Source: Selaginella moellendorffii (lineage: Eukaryota > Plantae > Lycopodiophyta). Taken from it: DNA of 24,180 bases. A program made the position numbers and the translations under genes. Every line of letters begins with the position of its first letter. Position 1 is the first letter of the stretch. The notes under the pieces were generated by a model, which saw nothing but the letters and a program-made list of their open reading frames with translations, was not told where the DNA came from and did no database searches. Positions 9,894-20,646 of this stretch are shown in pieces. Where the stretch lies: the NCBI RefSeq assembly GCF_000143415.4, contig NW_003314304.1, positions 880,300 to 904,479 on the forward strand. The letters are read 5' to 3'.

Positions 9894-12800
9894 CTAGTTG
9901 GCGATCCATTCGATCGGGTACTTTTGTGGGCCGGAACCAGGGAGCGTGGACCAATTCACGGGCACCCAAAACTCGAGCGTCCTCACGAGCACATTCCACT
10001 GCCGCCACACCGTCTCCTCGTCAAGAACAACCCACTTGTTGGAGGAGTCGAGCGCCTCCTCCTCCGCCACATCGCCGCTGGACACCCGCTGGAGCACCGC
10101 CAGCTTCACTTGCTGCGTCCGGATCTTCACATCGCGCACGACCGCGTGGGTGAATTCGCCGGTGCCGCTGCCGCGCACGATGACGATGTCTCCCTTGAGC
10201 GGCCATGGTGGGATGCACGGCACATTGCGCGCCTTGAGCACCGTCCTCGCGGAGCCGACGATGGAGCCAAGCCCGCCTTTCACGCCCCACGACGGAATAT
10301 CTTTGTCTGCAAACAGCACATTCCGTCAGTAGCATATACCGTTACCCCACGAGAATATGCCAGATTTCTGGCGGGATTTTTCAAAATCGTGTTCTTACCG
10401 GAGATTCTAGGGCCGCCCATGAGCTCGGAGGCGCTGCGCTCGTCCGCTAGGGCTTCAGCGAAGGCGACGAGCTTGTCCTTGACGCGCGTCGTAGCGCAGG
10501 ATGGCTGGACGTTCAATTTGCTGAGCTGCGGCACTCGCGGCTCCACCAGGCCGTCGAGCATCTGGACGACGCGCCCCATGGTAGGCCGCTGCGTCGGATC
10601 TTCCTGGATGCAGCACAGCGCCACACGGATCGAGCGCTTGGCTTGATCCTCGTAGAAATATTCCACCTCCTCGTGGAGCTGCTCGTCGATGAGCTCCATC
10701 GGCCGCCCCTCCTCGACCATTCTCACGGCCCACGCCGGTAAGTACCACTGCTCTGATCCCTTAGAGAGGTCGATCGTTTCGCGGCCACAGATTAGCTCCA
10801 GGAGGACCATTCCAAAGCTGTAGACATCGGCCTTGGCCGTGACTGCTGTTCCGTGCAGCCATTCTGGAGCTAGATACCCAGGTGTTCCTCTCATGTTTGT
10901 GACCACCCGGCTCTTATCTCGATCCATGAGCTTCGCTAGCCCAAAGTCCGAGACCTGCCACCATTTCCATCTTAGTTCCTTCTATCTTTCTATACCTTCT
11001 AGCGAGTGTTTTTGTTACCTTTGGCAGGAAGTTCTGGTCGAGAAGAATGTTCTCGGGCTTCACGTCCAAGTGAATGATTTTTTGGCTGCATTCTTCATGG
11101 AGGTAAGCAAGTCCTCGGGCCGTGCCAAGCGCAATGCTGTATCTCCGTGACCAGTCAAGCATGCAATCCTTTCCTGCTCAATGGTTTTTTATGGTAAGCT
11201 CGCTCTCTTTCTCTCTTGTAATGACCAGGAAAACTTACCAGGTGTTATGAACAGCCACTTGTCAAGGGAGCTGTTTGGCATGAAGTCATAGATGAGTATT
11301 CTCCGCGGCCCTTGCGCGCAGTATCCTCTCAGTCGGATGAGATTCAGGTGACGAACCGTTGCCATCACACTCACCTCTGCCTTGAATTCTTTCTCACCTT
11401 GTGTTGACGTTCTTTCCAGCATCTTGACGGCTACTTTGCTCCCGTCCTTGAGTGTTCCTTCGTACACCAGCCCAAAGCCACCGTCTCCTAGCTTGACACT
11501 GAAGTTGTTTGTGATCTTGCGGACTTGCTTGAACGAGAACTTCGCGGGACCGGCTTGTGGTACAATGTCTTTGATTGATGCTGAAGATTCCGTCTTGACC
11601 GGTGTTGGTTTCTTACGCAGCTTTTTTTGAATGCAGATTCCACCGCACAATGCCAATGCTGTAGCACTAAGAAGCACCGTTATTGATATCACAGCTTTCC
11701 GCTGCAACACAAACAAGTAAGTATTGAGCTTTTGTCTTTGATAGTATACCTTGCGCTGATTTGGCTCTTGTTTTTGTGTTGAAACAGCCTGTGTTGGTGG
11801 TAATGCTGTCTCCTTCACGCCAGAGGAAGGTTGAGAACACATCACTAAGTTCAAACTTTGGAAAATTACCTTCTTTTCTGCCAGGCGTTCTTGCTCGGGC
11901 TGCTCAGATATGGAAAGCAACGTTCGTCCAGCCTCCGACGAAGAAGTTGAAATAGGCCTTTTACCGCGGGTCTTTTGGGCAAGAAACATAAGGTACTTCA
12001 TCCCAAGTAGCTTCCGAGATTTCCACTTGCTATACAAAGAAATTTACCTTTTCAGCTGAATGGAAGATAAAAGAATGCCAACAACTTACTCGGGTTTCGG
12101 GCACTGGACATCTATGTGCACAGCCCCGTAGCAACTGAGTCGCAGACCGGCAGCTTTATAGCCATCTGAGAGGACAATGGGATCTATGCTTTTGACAGAG
12201 TAGTTCAGAAGATCCTCAGAAATGGTTCTGGTAACGATGTTAGCATCTTGGGAGAGATGAAGGCCTTTTTCGGTAAATTCTGCGTACGTTGGTCGCTTAC
12301 AGGTGTATAAGACGTCCCTTCACAAACAACCAGCACAAGAATTGGAATTTGGAAGAGCTGGGAAGCAAGCTCCTTACGTGAGATCACCAACGTTGTAGAA
12401 GCTCCAAAACCACTTGACGGAACTTCCAGAATACAGAACCAGACCGCCAACTTCCATTTTCAACGTATATATCCCGTTTATCTGCTTTTGAACATCAGTT
12501 TTTGTGAAGGCGAAGATCAACGTACCAATTTCATGCCGGGACTAAGAATCTGTCCAGGGAGCATCGTATCAACGGGAAACTTGAAACTTTCCCACACTGG
12601 CTGCTGTGCTGAGTTATACAGACCTAAGTTACCGGTGTCCAGGAGATTCATGCTCAAGATCTCCATGCTCGAGGTGAGTGTTTCCCATACATTGCTGGCA
12701 TCACTGTGGGATAAAACCAGGTTCCCATTCTCTTCAAACTGCAGCACCGTATTTTCCTTGAGCATACAAGGAGTCCCTGCTTCGGTCTTCGCGGACCACA

Positions 12801-13211
12801 CTCTTTGAATGACGCTCTCATTTTCAATAGGATAAGACAAGTCATAAATCGAGAGAGTGAAGATGCCAGACGATTCGCTGAAGAAACCGAAGAGGTATCT
12901 GCATTGTGATCCTTTTTGTGAGGCACGTCGGGATCATAAAAGACTTACCTCGCGTTGGGTGACTGCAGGATAACACGGGCAGAAATGCCTCTCTTTTTGC
13001 TGATAACAGCAAGCTGTCCACCGTTTTCCCATGAGATCGTCTTATGCGCAAGCAGAGAAATGAAGCTTGGAGTGTCCGCACTGTACGTTGCCTCTGATTT
13101 ATGAGACGAGAAGCAGTATTCAAGAAGGGCACTAGCCATTAAGAGCAGCAAGAGAAAAGAGCAGCTGTGACGAACTATGACGAGCTTTCTGGTGTTTGGG
13201 GAGTATATCAT
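9894..13211 (-). CDS. G-type (bulb) lectin receptor-like Ser/Thr kinase, SD2-like non-RD, with extra C-terminal domain; complement exons 13211-12949, 12898-12526, 12481-12378, 12317-12090, 12029-11870, 11812-11750, 11701-11239, 11173-11019, 10954-10399, 10306-9894; ~925 aa
   Basis: Nine GT-AG introns keep one frame. Signal peptide; B-lectin motifs ([40 protein letters not shown]); TM helix [22 protein letters not shown]; kinase motifs [31 protein letters not shown]. Introns 11869-11813 and 11749-11702 are in-frame and stop-free, so they are less certain. Without the last intron the frame stops at 10280. Confidence 0.85.
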
Positions 13212-13965
13212 CTATGGCGATCGATTCGTAAGCAGCGGCATTGCAAGCGTTTCGCTCATGAGGACAGCTGAGATACCGCTTTAAGGCAGCTGGAGTTTAT
13301 CTCACAGCAACAAGCGCCGGTTCCTATCCTCTGTCACTTCAGGGGCTACATCTCAAAATAATCTTCTGGCCGTGCTCCTGCCAAGTGATACTGGCCCATC
13401 CTTTTCAACCTTCACATGGATATATCGCGTATACAAGCATATATGCTCCTGACGAGACTCACTACGGACAACGTAAAATATGGAAGTCCTGTTGGTCCAG
13501 AAGCAAGCTGTTTTCTTACCATCGGAAGCAACGTTAATGTGTTATAGAAGATTCCAAACTGGTTCAGGTCAGTTTCTTAGCTCAACTTTGTTTTTCTTTT
13601 TTTTTCTTGGTATTCTTGCTGATCTTGTCTTCTAACTCATTTTCAGCATGGGCTACTAGCTAATGAGACAATGCTTGACCACGTGATAGAGTCAGGCCTA
13701 GCAAATGCTCAGAAAAGTCGAATAAAGGTACAACTTGGTTGTTTTACGAGTTTTCTTCGTCCGTGATCGTATCTTCCCTGTGAAAGTTATGCCTTCAGCA
13801 GGCACGCATGGGTCTTTTGTAGTTTTTCTCTTGGCTCAACGCTCAAACGTTCCATGTTACGAGGAAACAGGAGCGAGCGTCTTTCACTTTCGTGCCTTAT
13901 CATTACGCTGCCAGCGGTGCTTCTCGTGAGCTTTTTATAGTCTTTTCATTCTCTCTCGCTGTTAC

Positions 13966-16320
13966 TTAACGAAGATGTTGCAGGCTCGCGCTTGTGGCAG
14001 CGATGCTGGAAAGCATCACATAAGCTGCCGCTGCTTTTCTTGGATCCATGCTTACAATACCATCAGCAACATCTCCACCCGGTAAGCTTTCATCTCCCAC
14101 AGCTTTCGAGGCGCCGAGTATTGTATTCCAGGCAACGCTGTCGGGATTGTAAGGCATGCTATTGACCAGCTCCCGGGCCTCCTCCAGCCTCCCCGCTCGT
14201 CCCAGAATGTCGACCATGCAACAAAAGTGCTGGAAAGTCGGGACCATCCCGTGCTCCGCTCTCATCGCAACGAAGAACGCTCGTCCATCTTCGACAAACC
14301 CGGCATGGCTGCACGAAACCAAGGCTGCCACAAACGTCACCTCGTTCGCGGCAACGCCAGTCACAGCCATGAGACGCTGGAGCTCGGTCACGTCCTCCCG
14401 GAGCCCGTTGCAAGAGAAGGCCCCCACCAGCGCATTCCAGGAGGTGACATCGCTTTGATCCATGGCATCGAAGACGAGCTTCACTTGGTCGAGATGCCCA
14501 TTCTGGGCATACGCGGAGAGCATCACGGCCTGCAAAGTGGCATCCTTCTCCGGGGCCGAGTTAAAAGTTTCCATGGCTTCACGCAGATCACCATTCCTCG
14601 CAGCCAAGGCCAAGATCAGCGTCCATGCCAGGACATTCCGGCTGGGAATTCTTCGAAACAAAGCTCTGGCTTGATCGCCATCTCCATTCTGGACGTGCGC
14701 TTCCATCAGAGCCGTCCATGAGACCACGTCCTTCTGCGGCATGGAGTCAAAGAAGGCCTTGGCCCGGTCAACGCGACCGCTGCCGGCCATCGCAGTCAGC
14801 ACCACTGTTGACGACTCGACGGTCAACTCGGGCATCCTGCCGGTCAATGTCAACACCTGGTCCAGCTGCCCGTTCGTCGCGAGGGCTGAGGCCATGGTAT
14901 TCCACGTTGACTCGTCCCTTGTCGGCATTTCTCCAAAGACCTTAGAAGCGTTTACTAAGAAGCCGCGTTGACTGTAAGAGACGAGAAGAGAGTTCCACGC
15001 AGTGACGTTCCACTGCGGCATGAGATAGAAGGTATTTAAAGCGAGATCCAAATGACCAGCACAGGCATTTGTAGAAACCATGGCGTTCCAAGCAACAGGG
15101 TTTCTTTGAGGCAGTTTCACGAAAAGAGCCAAGGCTTCCGTGTGAGAACCTTGTTTGCCAAGACAGATGATCGCTGAGGTACGGGAAACTACATCGTGCT
15201 GTGGCATTCTTTCAAACCAGATCATAGCAGAGGCAAACTGGCCATTCTCCACTGAAGCCTGGAGCATCGAATTGTAAGTAAAGACGTCCCGGAAGGACAT
15301 TGAATCAAAGATCCGCTTCGCATCGTTAGTGTTTCCCACTTGGGCGTAAGCCGAGATCATGGCATTCATCAAAACGACGTCCCACTGCGGCATTCTTTCC
15401 AGAACCTCTTTAGCTTGCGCAATCTCTCCTCGTTCCTCAAACAATCCAAGCATCGTCGTCCATGAAACAATGTTGCGCTCGGGCATTTGATAGAAAACAC
15501 TCTCTCCCCCGCTTGCCTTGAGCAAACAGTTCCACGACTCCACGCTATGTTTGGCCATTCTTTCGAGAACATCCATTTCCAAAAAACAACTTCCAGTGCT
15601 CGCCACCGCTCTCAACATCACATTCCAAGTGATGGAGCTTCGCTGCGGCATCGCATCAAAGAGTTCCTTACACTCTTTAAACTGCCCATGCTCGGCTTTT
15701 GCAGACATCACGGCTGTACACGAAACCAGGTTGTGGTGTGCCATCTTCACGAAACACTCAAACGATTCTTCTACGAGATCTCTAAACAAAAATCCAGTTA
15801 CAAGAACTGTCCACGCAAAAACATCTTTTTTAGGCATTTGATCAAACAAGATCCAACATTCATCAAGATGCCCATTCTCGACAAACATTTGCAGCACAGC
15901 GGTACAGACCCGAGAATCAAAATGGGGGATCTTGAGCATGTACTGCTCGGCCTGAGCGATCATACTCTTCTGGGCTAAGCCAGTGATGATCACAGTCCAG
16001 GAAACACAGTCGCGCTGTGCCATCGCATGGAAGATCTCGATGGCCTCGCGGAGGCGATCGTTCTGCGTGAATGCCGCGGCCAGGATGTTCCAGGAGAAGG
16101 CATTGGGCGCGAGGATACGATCAAACGCCTCCTTGGCGTCCTGCAGTCGGCCGCACTTGCCATGCATCTCCACGAGGAGGTTGGCGAGAAGAAGCGAGCC
16201 GTGGTGCTCACTGCTGCTGCGAATACATGCCTCGATCTGGCGGCCCAGGTGCCAATCTCTCGTGGAAGAACACGACCTCACAAGCCGTGCCAATCCCTCT
16301 ATCGACTTTGGAATATACAT
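13966..16320 (-). CDS. PLS-class PPR protein (long S/SS array, P2-L2-S2-E1, truncated E2), 784 aa
   Basis: Intronless ORF with ~31-aa repeats, ALVSCSHAGF, HFCCMVDILGRAG and WNTILGAS. It ends after AYVMLSSI. No DYW. Confidence 0.94.
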   Translation of the reverse strand: MYIPKSIEGLARLVRSCSSTRDWHLGRQIEACIRSSSEHHGSLLLANLLVEMHGKCGRLQDAKEAFDRILAPNAFSWNILAAAFTQNDRLREAIEIFHAMAQRDCVSWTVIITGLAQKSMIAQAEQYMLKIPHFDSRVCTAVLQMFVENGHLDECWILFDQMPKKDVFAWTVLVTGFLFRDLVEESFECFVKMAHHNLVSCTAVMSAKAEHGQFKECKELFDAMPQRSSITWNVMLRAVASTGSCFLEMDVLERMAKHSVESWNCLLKASGGESVFYQMPERNIVSWTTMLGLFEERGEIAQAKEVLERMPQWDVVLMNAMISAYAQVGNTNDAKRIFDSMSFRDVFTYNSMLQASVENGQFASAMIWFERMPQHDVVSRTSAIICLGKQGSHTEALALFVKLPQRNPVAWNAMVSTNACAGHLDLALNTFYLMPQWNVTAWNSLLVSYSQRGFLVNASKVFGEMPTRDESTWNTMASALATNGQLDQVLTLTGRMPELTVESSTVVLTAMAGSGRVDRAKAFFDSMPQKDVVSWTALMEAHVQNGDGDQARALFRRIPSRNVLAWTLILALAARNGDLREAMETFNSAPEKDATLQAVMLSAYAQNGHLDQVKLVFDAMDQSDVTSWNALVGAFSCNGLREDVTELQRLMAVTGVAANEVTFVAALVSCSHAGFVEDGRAFFVAMRAEHGMVPTFQHFCCMVDILGRAGRLEEARELVNSMPYNPDSVAWNTILGASKAVGDESLPGGDVADGIVSMDPRKAAAAYVMLSSIAATSASLQHLR

Positions 16321-18439
16321 CCATCCTTTATCACCTCTATCGACTTAGAGCCTTAAACTTAGCATGGGCTTCTTCTCGGAAAGGGGAGAGAGAGCGGGGG
16401 GGGTGGTTGTGGGGGAATACTTAAATCTGGTTAAGCCACATCATATTGCCCAGCTCCCCAGTCCAGTAAGAATGTTTCCATGGAGATGTCTACAGTAACA
16501 ACTCTCATGGAAAAGAGATTTTACTCCATGACGTACAGCTTGCCAATAGCAGTAAAATTGCAAAGTATCGACCTTCAAGCAAATGCATTGTCAAAACCAA
16601 GTGAAACTGGAACACAAATTTCACTTTGCACCTAAGAGATTAGCTTAAAAGTTTGCAACTCCACAAAAAAATCAATGTACCCGGATTAACGTTTAATTGT
16701 GGAACACTTTGAATTCTTCTAGTTTATTTTGTCATGAATAATGCTAAAATAATGGACATGAATTTGGTACTATAATATCAACTCTTATGCTTTGGTCTTT
16801 GAGCATGGTCTTTGCGTACATATATTTTTCGATATGTAAAACCAACTCACGCAGCCTCCAAACAAGATCGAGTTTGCACGCCTTGACTGCGGGCTACTCT
16901 GAGAACAGAAAGAAAGCACATGAACAAAAGAAAATCCAAGTGTTTTCCAATGCTGGTTTATATCACACTCCATTACTCTCACACTTCCCTTCTTTTCTTG
17001 CTTCTCTTTTTATCGTCTTTTCTTGTTCCATGGTTTTCTTCCCATGTTTTACCTCTCTTCTTGTAGTCTTTCTTTACATTTAACTTTTCGTTCAACCCAA
17101 GGTCAAACAAGAACATTCGATCCACTAGCTAGTTTTTCCCTTGTTTCATTGCTTTATTTGCATTGATTCCTTCATGAGTCATATTGTCCCTCTAACTCAA
17201 GTTATACTATTCTTCTCTAAGATTTTTAGGATCTCTCTGAAAATCCTTGACTCCCTCAACTCTACCATCTTTTCTAGTCTAAACCAAGATGAGAACAATT
17301 ACTTTTGCTTCAAGTCCACAATTTGGTGACTAGTCTTTGAGATAGAAAATTTGTACAGAATTAACAAATACCACAGCCCCGTGACCCAGCACATAAGCTG
17401 GTATTTCCTTGTTCTGGCCAAGTCGATTTGGGAAAAAGACTGATTCAGACGAACATCCTCAGACCCAGTGTGTTGAACATAGAACTCCCTAATCATTGCT
17501 AACACGCAAGAAACCAAAAGTTTGAATTGCCAAATATTCCCAGGGATCTTCAAACGGACGGCCCAGATCGGTAGTATGACTAATTCGCGCTGTGGGCAAA
17601 ACGTATCATAGAAATATCCACGACCGCTCCCGCGAGAATTCTCTTTCACCACTGCTTACTCAGCAGGCTGATTGAAGACTGGGAGAGGATTTGTTGGCAG
17701 ATGATCTCTTGGAGAAGTGCGACCAGTCTCTACGGGACAGATGCCCCAAATTTGCCAACAGAAACCAATCAGGAACTGTTTCCAGAGGGTCGCAGCCAGT
17801 ATTGAGAACATTGGATTATCCAAAGGTCGTCAGAGTTGACAAAATTATGGACTTCTGTGCTAACAGAAATATTACTATAAGAATACTCAAGGCCAGTGCA
17901 ATGGGGCTTGAAACATGATTCTTTTCATTGCTCTTTTGCGCGAGTGCTCCTCCTTTCTTTTAATTCTTTATCTGTTCTCTATAGCCGTTGGTATTAAAAA
18001 GAAGATTTCCAATGCTAGCATTTTATAAGGCACTGACCTTGATATATTGCATTCTGTCTCACCAATTCCAAGAAAACTCCACACTACCGTAGCATTACCT
18101 AATCCATTCCTGGAACATCTCTGGGATTTTATGGCTCCTACTCGTCCTGTTCCCTGTCTAGCCGGCATTGACATGGACGGACATCTTGAACTTTGTGAGA
18201 GAGCTCAATTGTCTAGATCAAGTGGAAAGATCAGAAAGTCTAAAAAACAAAAAAAGTTGGCATCAAGCTTGAAGTCACACCACCAGCTAAGGAGTCTTGT
18301 TCTTAGACTTGAAAGTAGCATTTCCACACAGATTTCTCTAGTGTGATAAAACCTTGGAGGCTGCCAGAAAGATCCAGGAGTGCCAGCAGCTCTTCACGAC
18401 ATTTTTTGTGATCATGGCATTTTAGAAATATAGCATGGC

Positions 18440-18462
<23 letters not shown>
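18440..18462. repeat. (TA)n microsatellite
   Basis: Pure TA dinucleotide run. Confidence 0.9.
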
Positions 18463-18470
<8 letters not shown>

Positions 18471-19886
18471 AAATCTATATTTTGGACTGAATCTGCTCCA
18501 TTCAATTGCAACAAGTTCAAACAAAACTAGTGTTTTAGAATTTTCTTTCTTTCTTTTTCTTTAAAGAAAGGGATAAAAAGGATATAGAAGATACAAGGAG
18601 TGACCTGACCTTTATTATATAATGCTGGAAGAGGATAAAAGTCATGAATTTGAGTTAACATCAGTCTCAAAAGCTAATTAGAGGGAAAATAGATTTTGTT
18701 ATTTGCTGCAATAATGTTTTATAGACTGTAGTTACTCTCAAAGTTATTTACTTTAGTTGATACTCTCAAAGTTGGTTCGCGCATTTGAGTGTAGGACATA
18801 GAGTTTTAATTTATTCATTGGCATTCCTTAGTGATTGATATTTATGTTATAACTTTGAATTTTTTTTTCTATCATAGTTATCAACAATTATATTAGTGGT
18901 TATATAGGAGTTTCAAGTTCTTATGGTAGTATATAATCCATTAGCAAAATCTTTAATGTTCTATCTGACTTAATGTCATCACATTTTCATCTTTTAGAAA
19001 GGAGTATTGTATAATTTTTATAAATATATGTAATTGTATAGCATATAGACCATCAATTTAGGATTAAATTTGGTCCATCCATTTCTATATATAAGTAGGA
19101 GTATAAACCTCAATTAATATATTATTCTTACATTTTGAGAAATTATACAATACTATATTATTATATTAATTTTTAGAAGTTTATATATATATATATGAAA
19201 GAAATAATTTATTTATTACCACGCACTATGTTTATGGTTTTATAAAAAGCATTATATATAGATATAGGAATCATTCAATAGCATATTTATCAAGTTTAAA
19301 ATATTAAGGATTTTAAAGGTTATTTGAGAAATACTTAATTGATATTTTACACTGCAAATTTTGCAATAGAAAAAAATTAAAGTGTTCTTTATATTCACTC
19401 TAATAAAAAAGAAATAGCTGCAACTAAACCAGATTATTCAAGGAGTTATTTTTACATGTGTTATATAAAGGCTTATAGGATGCTCAAATAATAAAGCAAA
19501 AAAAAACATATTCAATATAATTTTAAAATGATAAGCTGACTATATTTTTAAGAAAAAATTGTATTAGAATATTATAGTAATAATTATTCAACAACTATTA
19601 TTCATGAAATTACTGAAGAAGATATATATTGTGCTTCATTAACAAAAGCAACTTTATTTAGTTGGTGGAGTAGACTCATAATCACAAACTTCTTCTATGG
19701 CATAACATCTAAGGGATACAAATATAATATTTAATAAATTTTATAGCATGTAATTTAGTTATCTATTTTAATTATCAGTCTAAATCATCACTGAACTATA
19801 TTGTTTTCATTACAAAGTGATAAAACATTTAGTGATAAGTATTTAATATATTAACCTGCCCAAAATGGCTTTGGTTTAAATAGCAC

Positions 19887-20646
19887 NNNNNNNNNNNNNN
19901 NNNNNNNNNNNNNNNNNNNNNNNNNNNNNNNNNNNNNNNNNNNNNNNNNNNNNNNNNNNNNNNNNNNNNNNNNNNNNNNNNNNNNNNNNNNNNNNNNNNN
20001 NNNNNNNNNNNNNNNNNNNNNNNNNNNNNNNNNNNNNNNNNNNNNNNNNNNNNNNNNNNNNNNNNNNNNNNNNNNNNNNNNNNNNNNNNNNNNNNNNNNN
20101 NNNNNNNNNNNNNNNNNNNNNNNNNNNNNNNNNNNNNNNNNNNNNNNNNNNNNNNNNNNNNNNNNNNNNNNNNNNNNNNNNNNNNNNNNNNNNNNNNNNN
20201 NNNNNNNNNNNNNNNNNNNNNNNNNNNNNNNNNNNNNNNNNNNNNNNNNNNNNNNNNNNNNNNNNNNNNNNNNNNNNNNNNNNNNNNNNNNNNNNNNNNN
20301 NNNNNNNNNNNNNNNNNNNNNNNNNNNNNNNNNNNNNNNNNNNNNNNNNNNNNNNNNNNNNNNNNNNNNNNNNNNNNNNNNNNNNNNNNNNNNNNNNNNN
20401 NNNNNNNNNNNNNNNNNNNNNNNNNNNNNNNNNNNNNNNNNNNNNNNNNNNNNNNNNNNNNNNNNNNNNNNNNNNNNNNNNNNNNNNNNNNNNNNNNNNN
20501 NNNNNNNNNNNNNNNNNNNNNNNNNNNNNNNNNNNNNNNNNNNNNNNNNNNNNNNNNNNNNNNNNNNNNNNNNNNNNNNNNNNNNNNNNNNNNNNNNNNN
20601 NNNNNNNNNNNNNNNNNNNNNNNNNNNNNNNNNNNNNNNNNNNNNN
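19887..20646. other. Assembly gap
   Basis: Run of N. Confidence 1.

Noticed and set aside
10280-10398. Kinase C-terminus as given by ORF 10280..10927 (GKNTILKNP...RRGA)
   Set aside because: More likely intron read-through: it is bounded by strong GTAAGA and TTTGCAG signals and has lower GC than the flanking exons.
12048-12056. Alternative acceptor plus micro-exon (CAG|CTGAAAAG|GTAAAT) within kinase intron 4
   Set aside because: It would require implausibly short flanking introns (34 nt and <20 nt).
16383-16415. G-rich tract with possible G-quadruplex upstream of the third PPR
   Set aside because: Irregular G-runs with no supporting evidence of function.
5617-16424. Many 60-240 aa ORFs overlapping the PPR, LTP and kinase genes (e.g. 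7147..7740, 7964..8587, 9924..10646)
   Set aside because: Antisense or alternative-frame shadows of GC-rich coding sequence with no independent motifs.
17299-18420. Moderate-GC stretch with short ORFs and some splice-like signals
   Set aside because: No recognisable protein motif in the frames I translated; it may be a gene or TE relic but cannot be supported without BLASTx.
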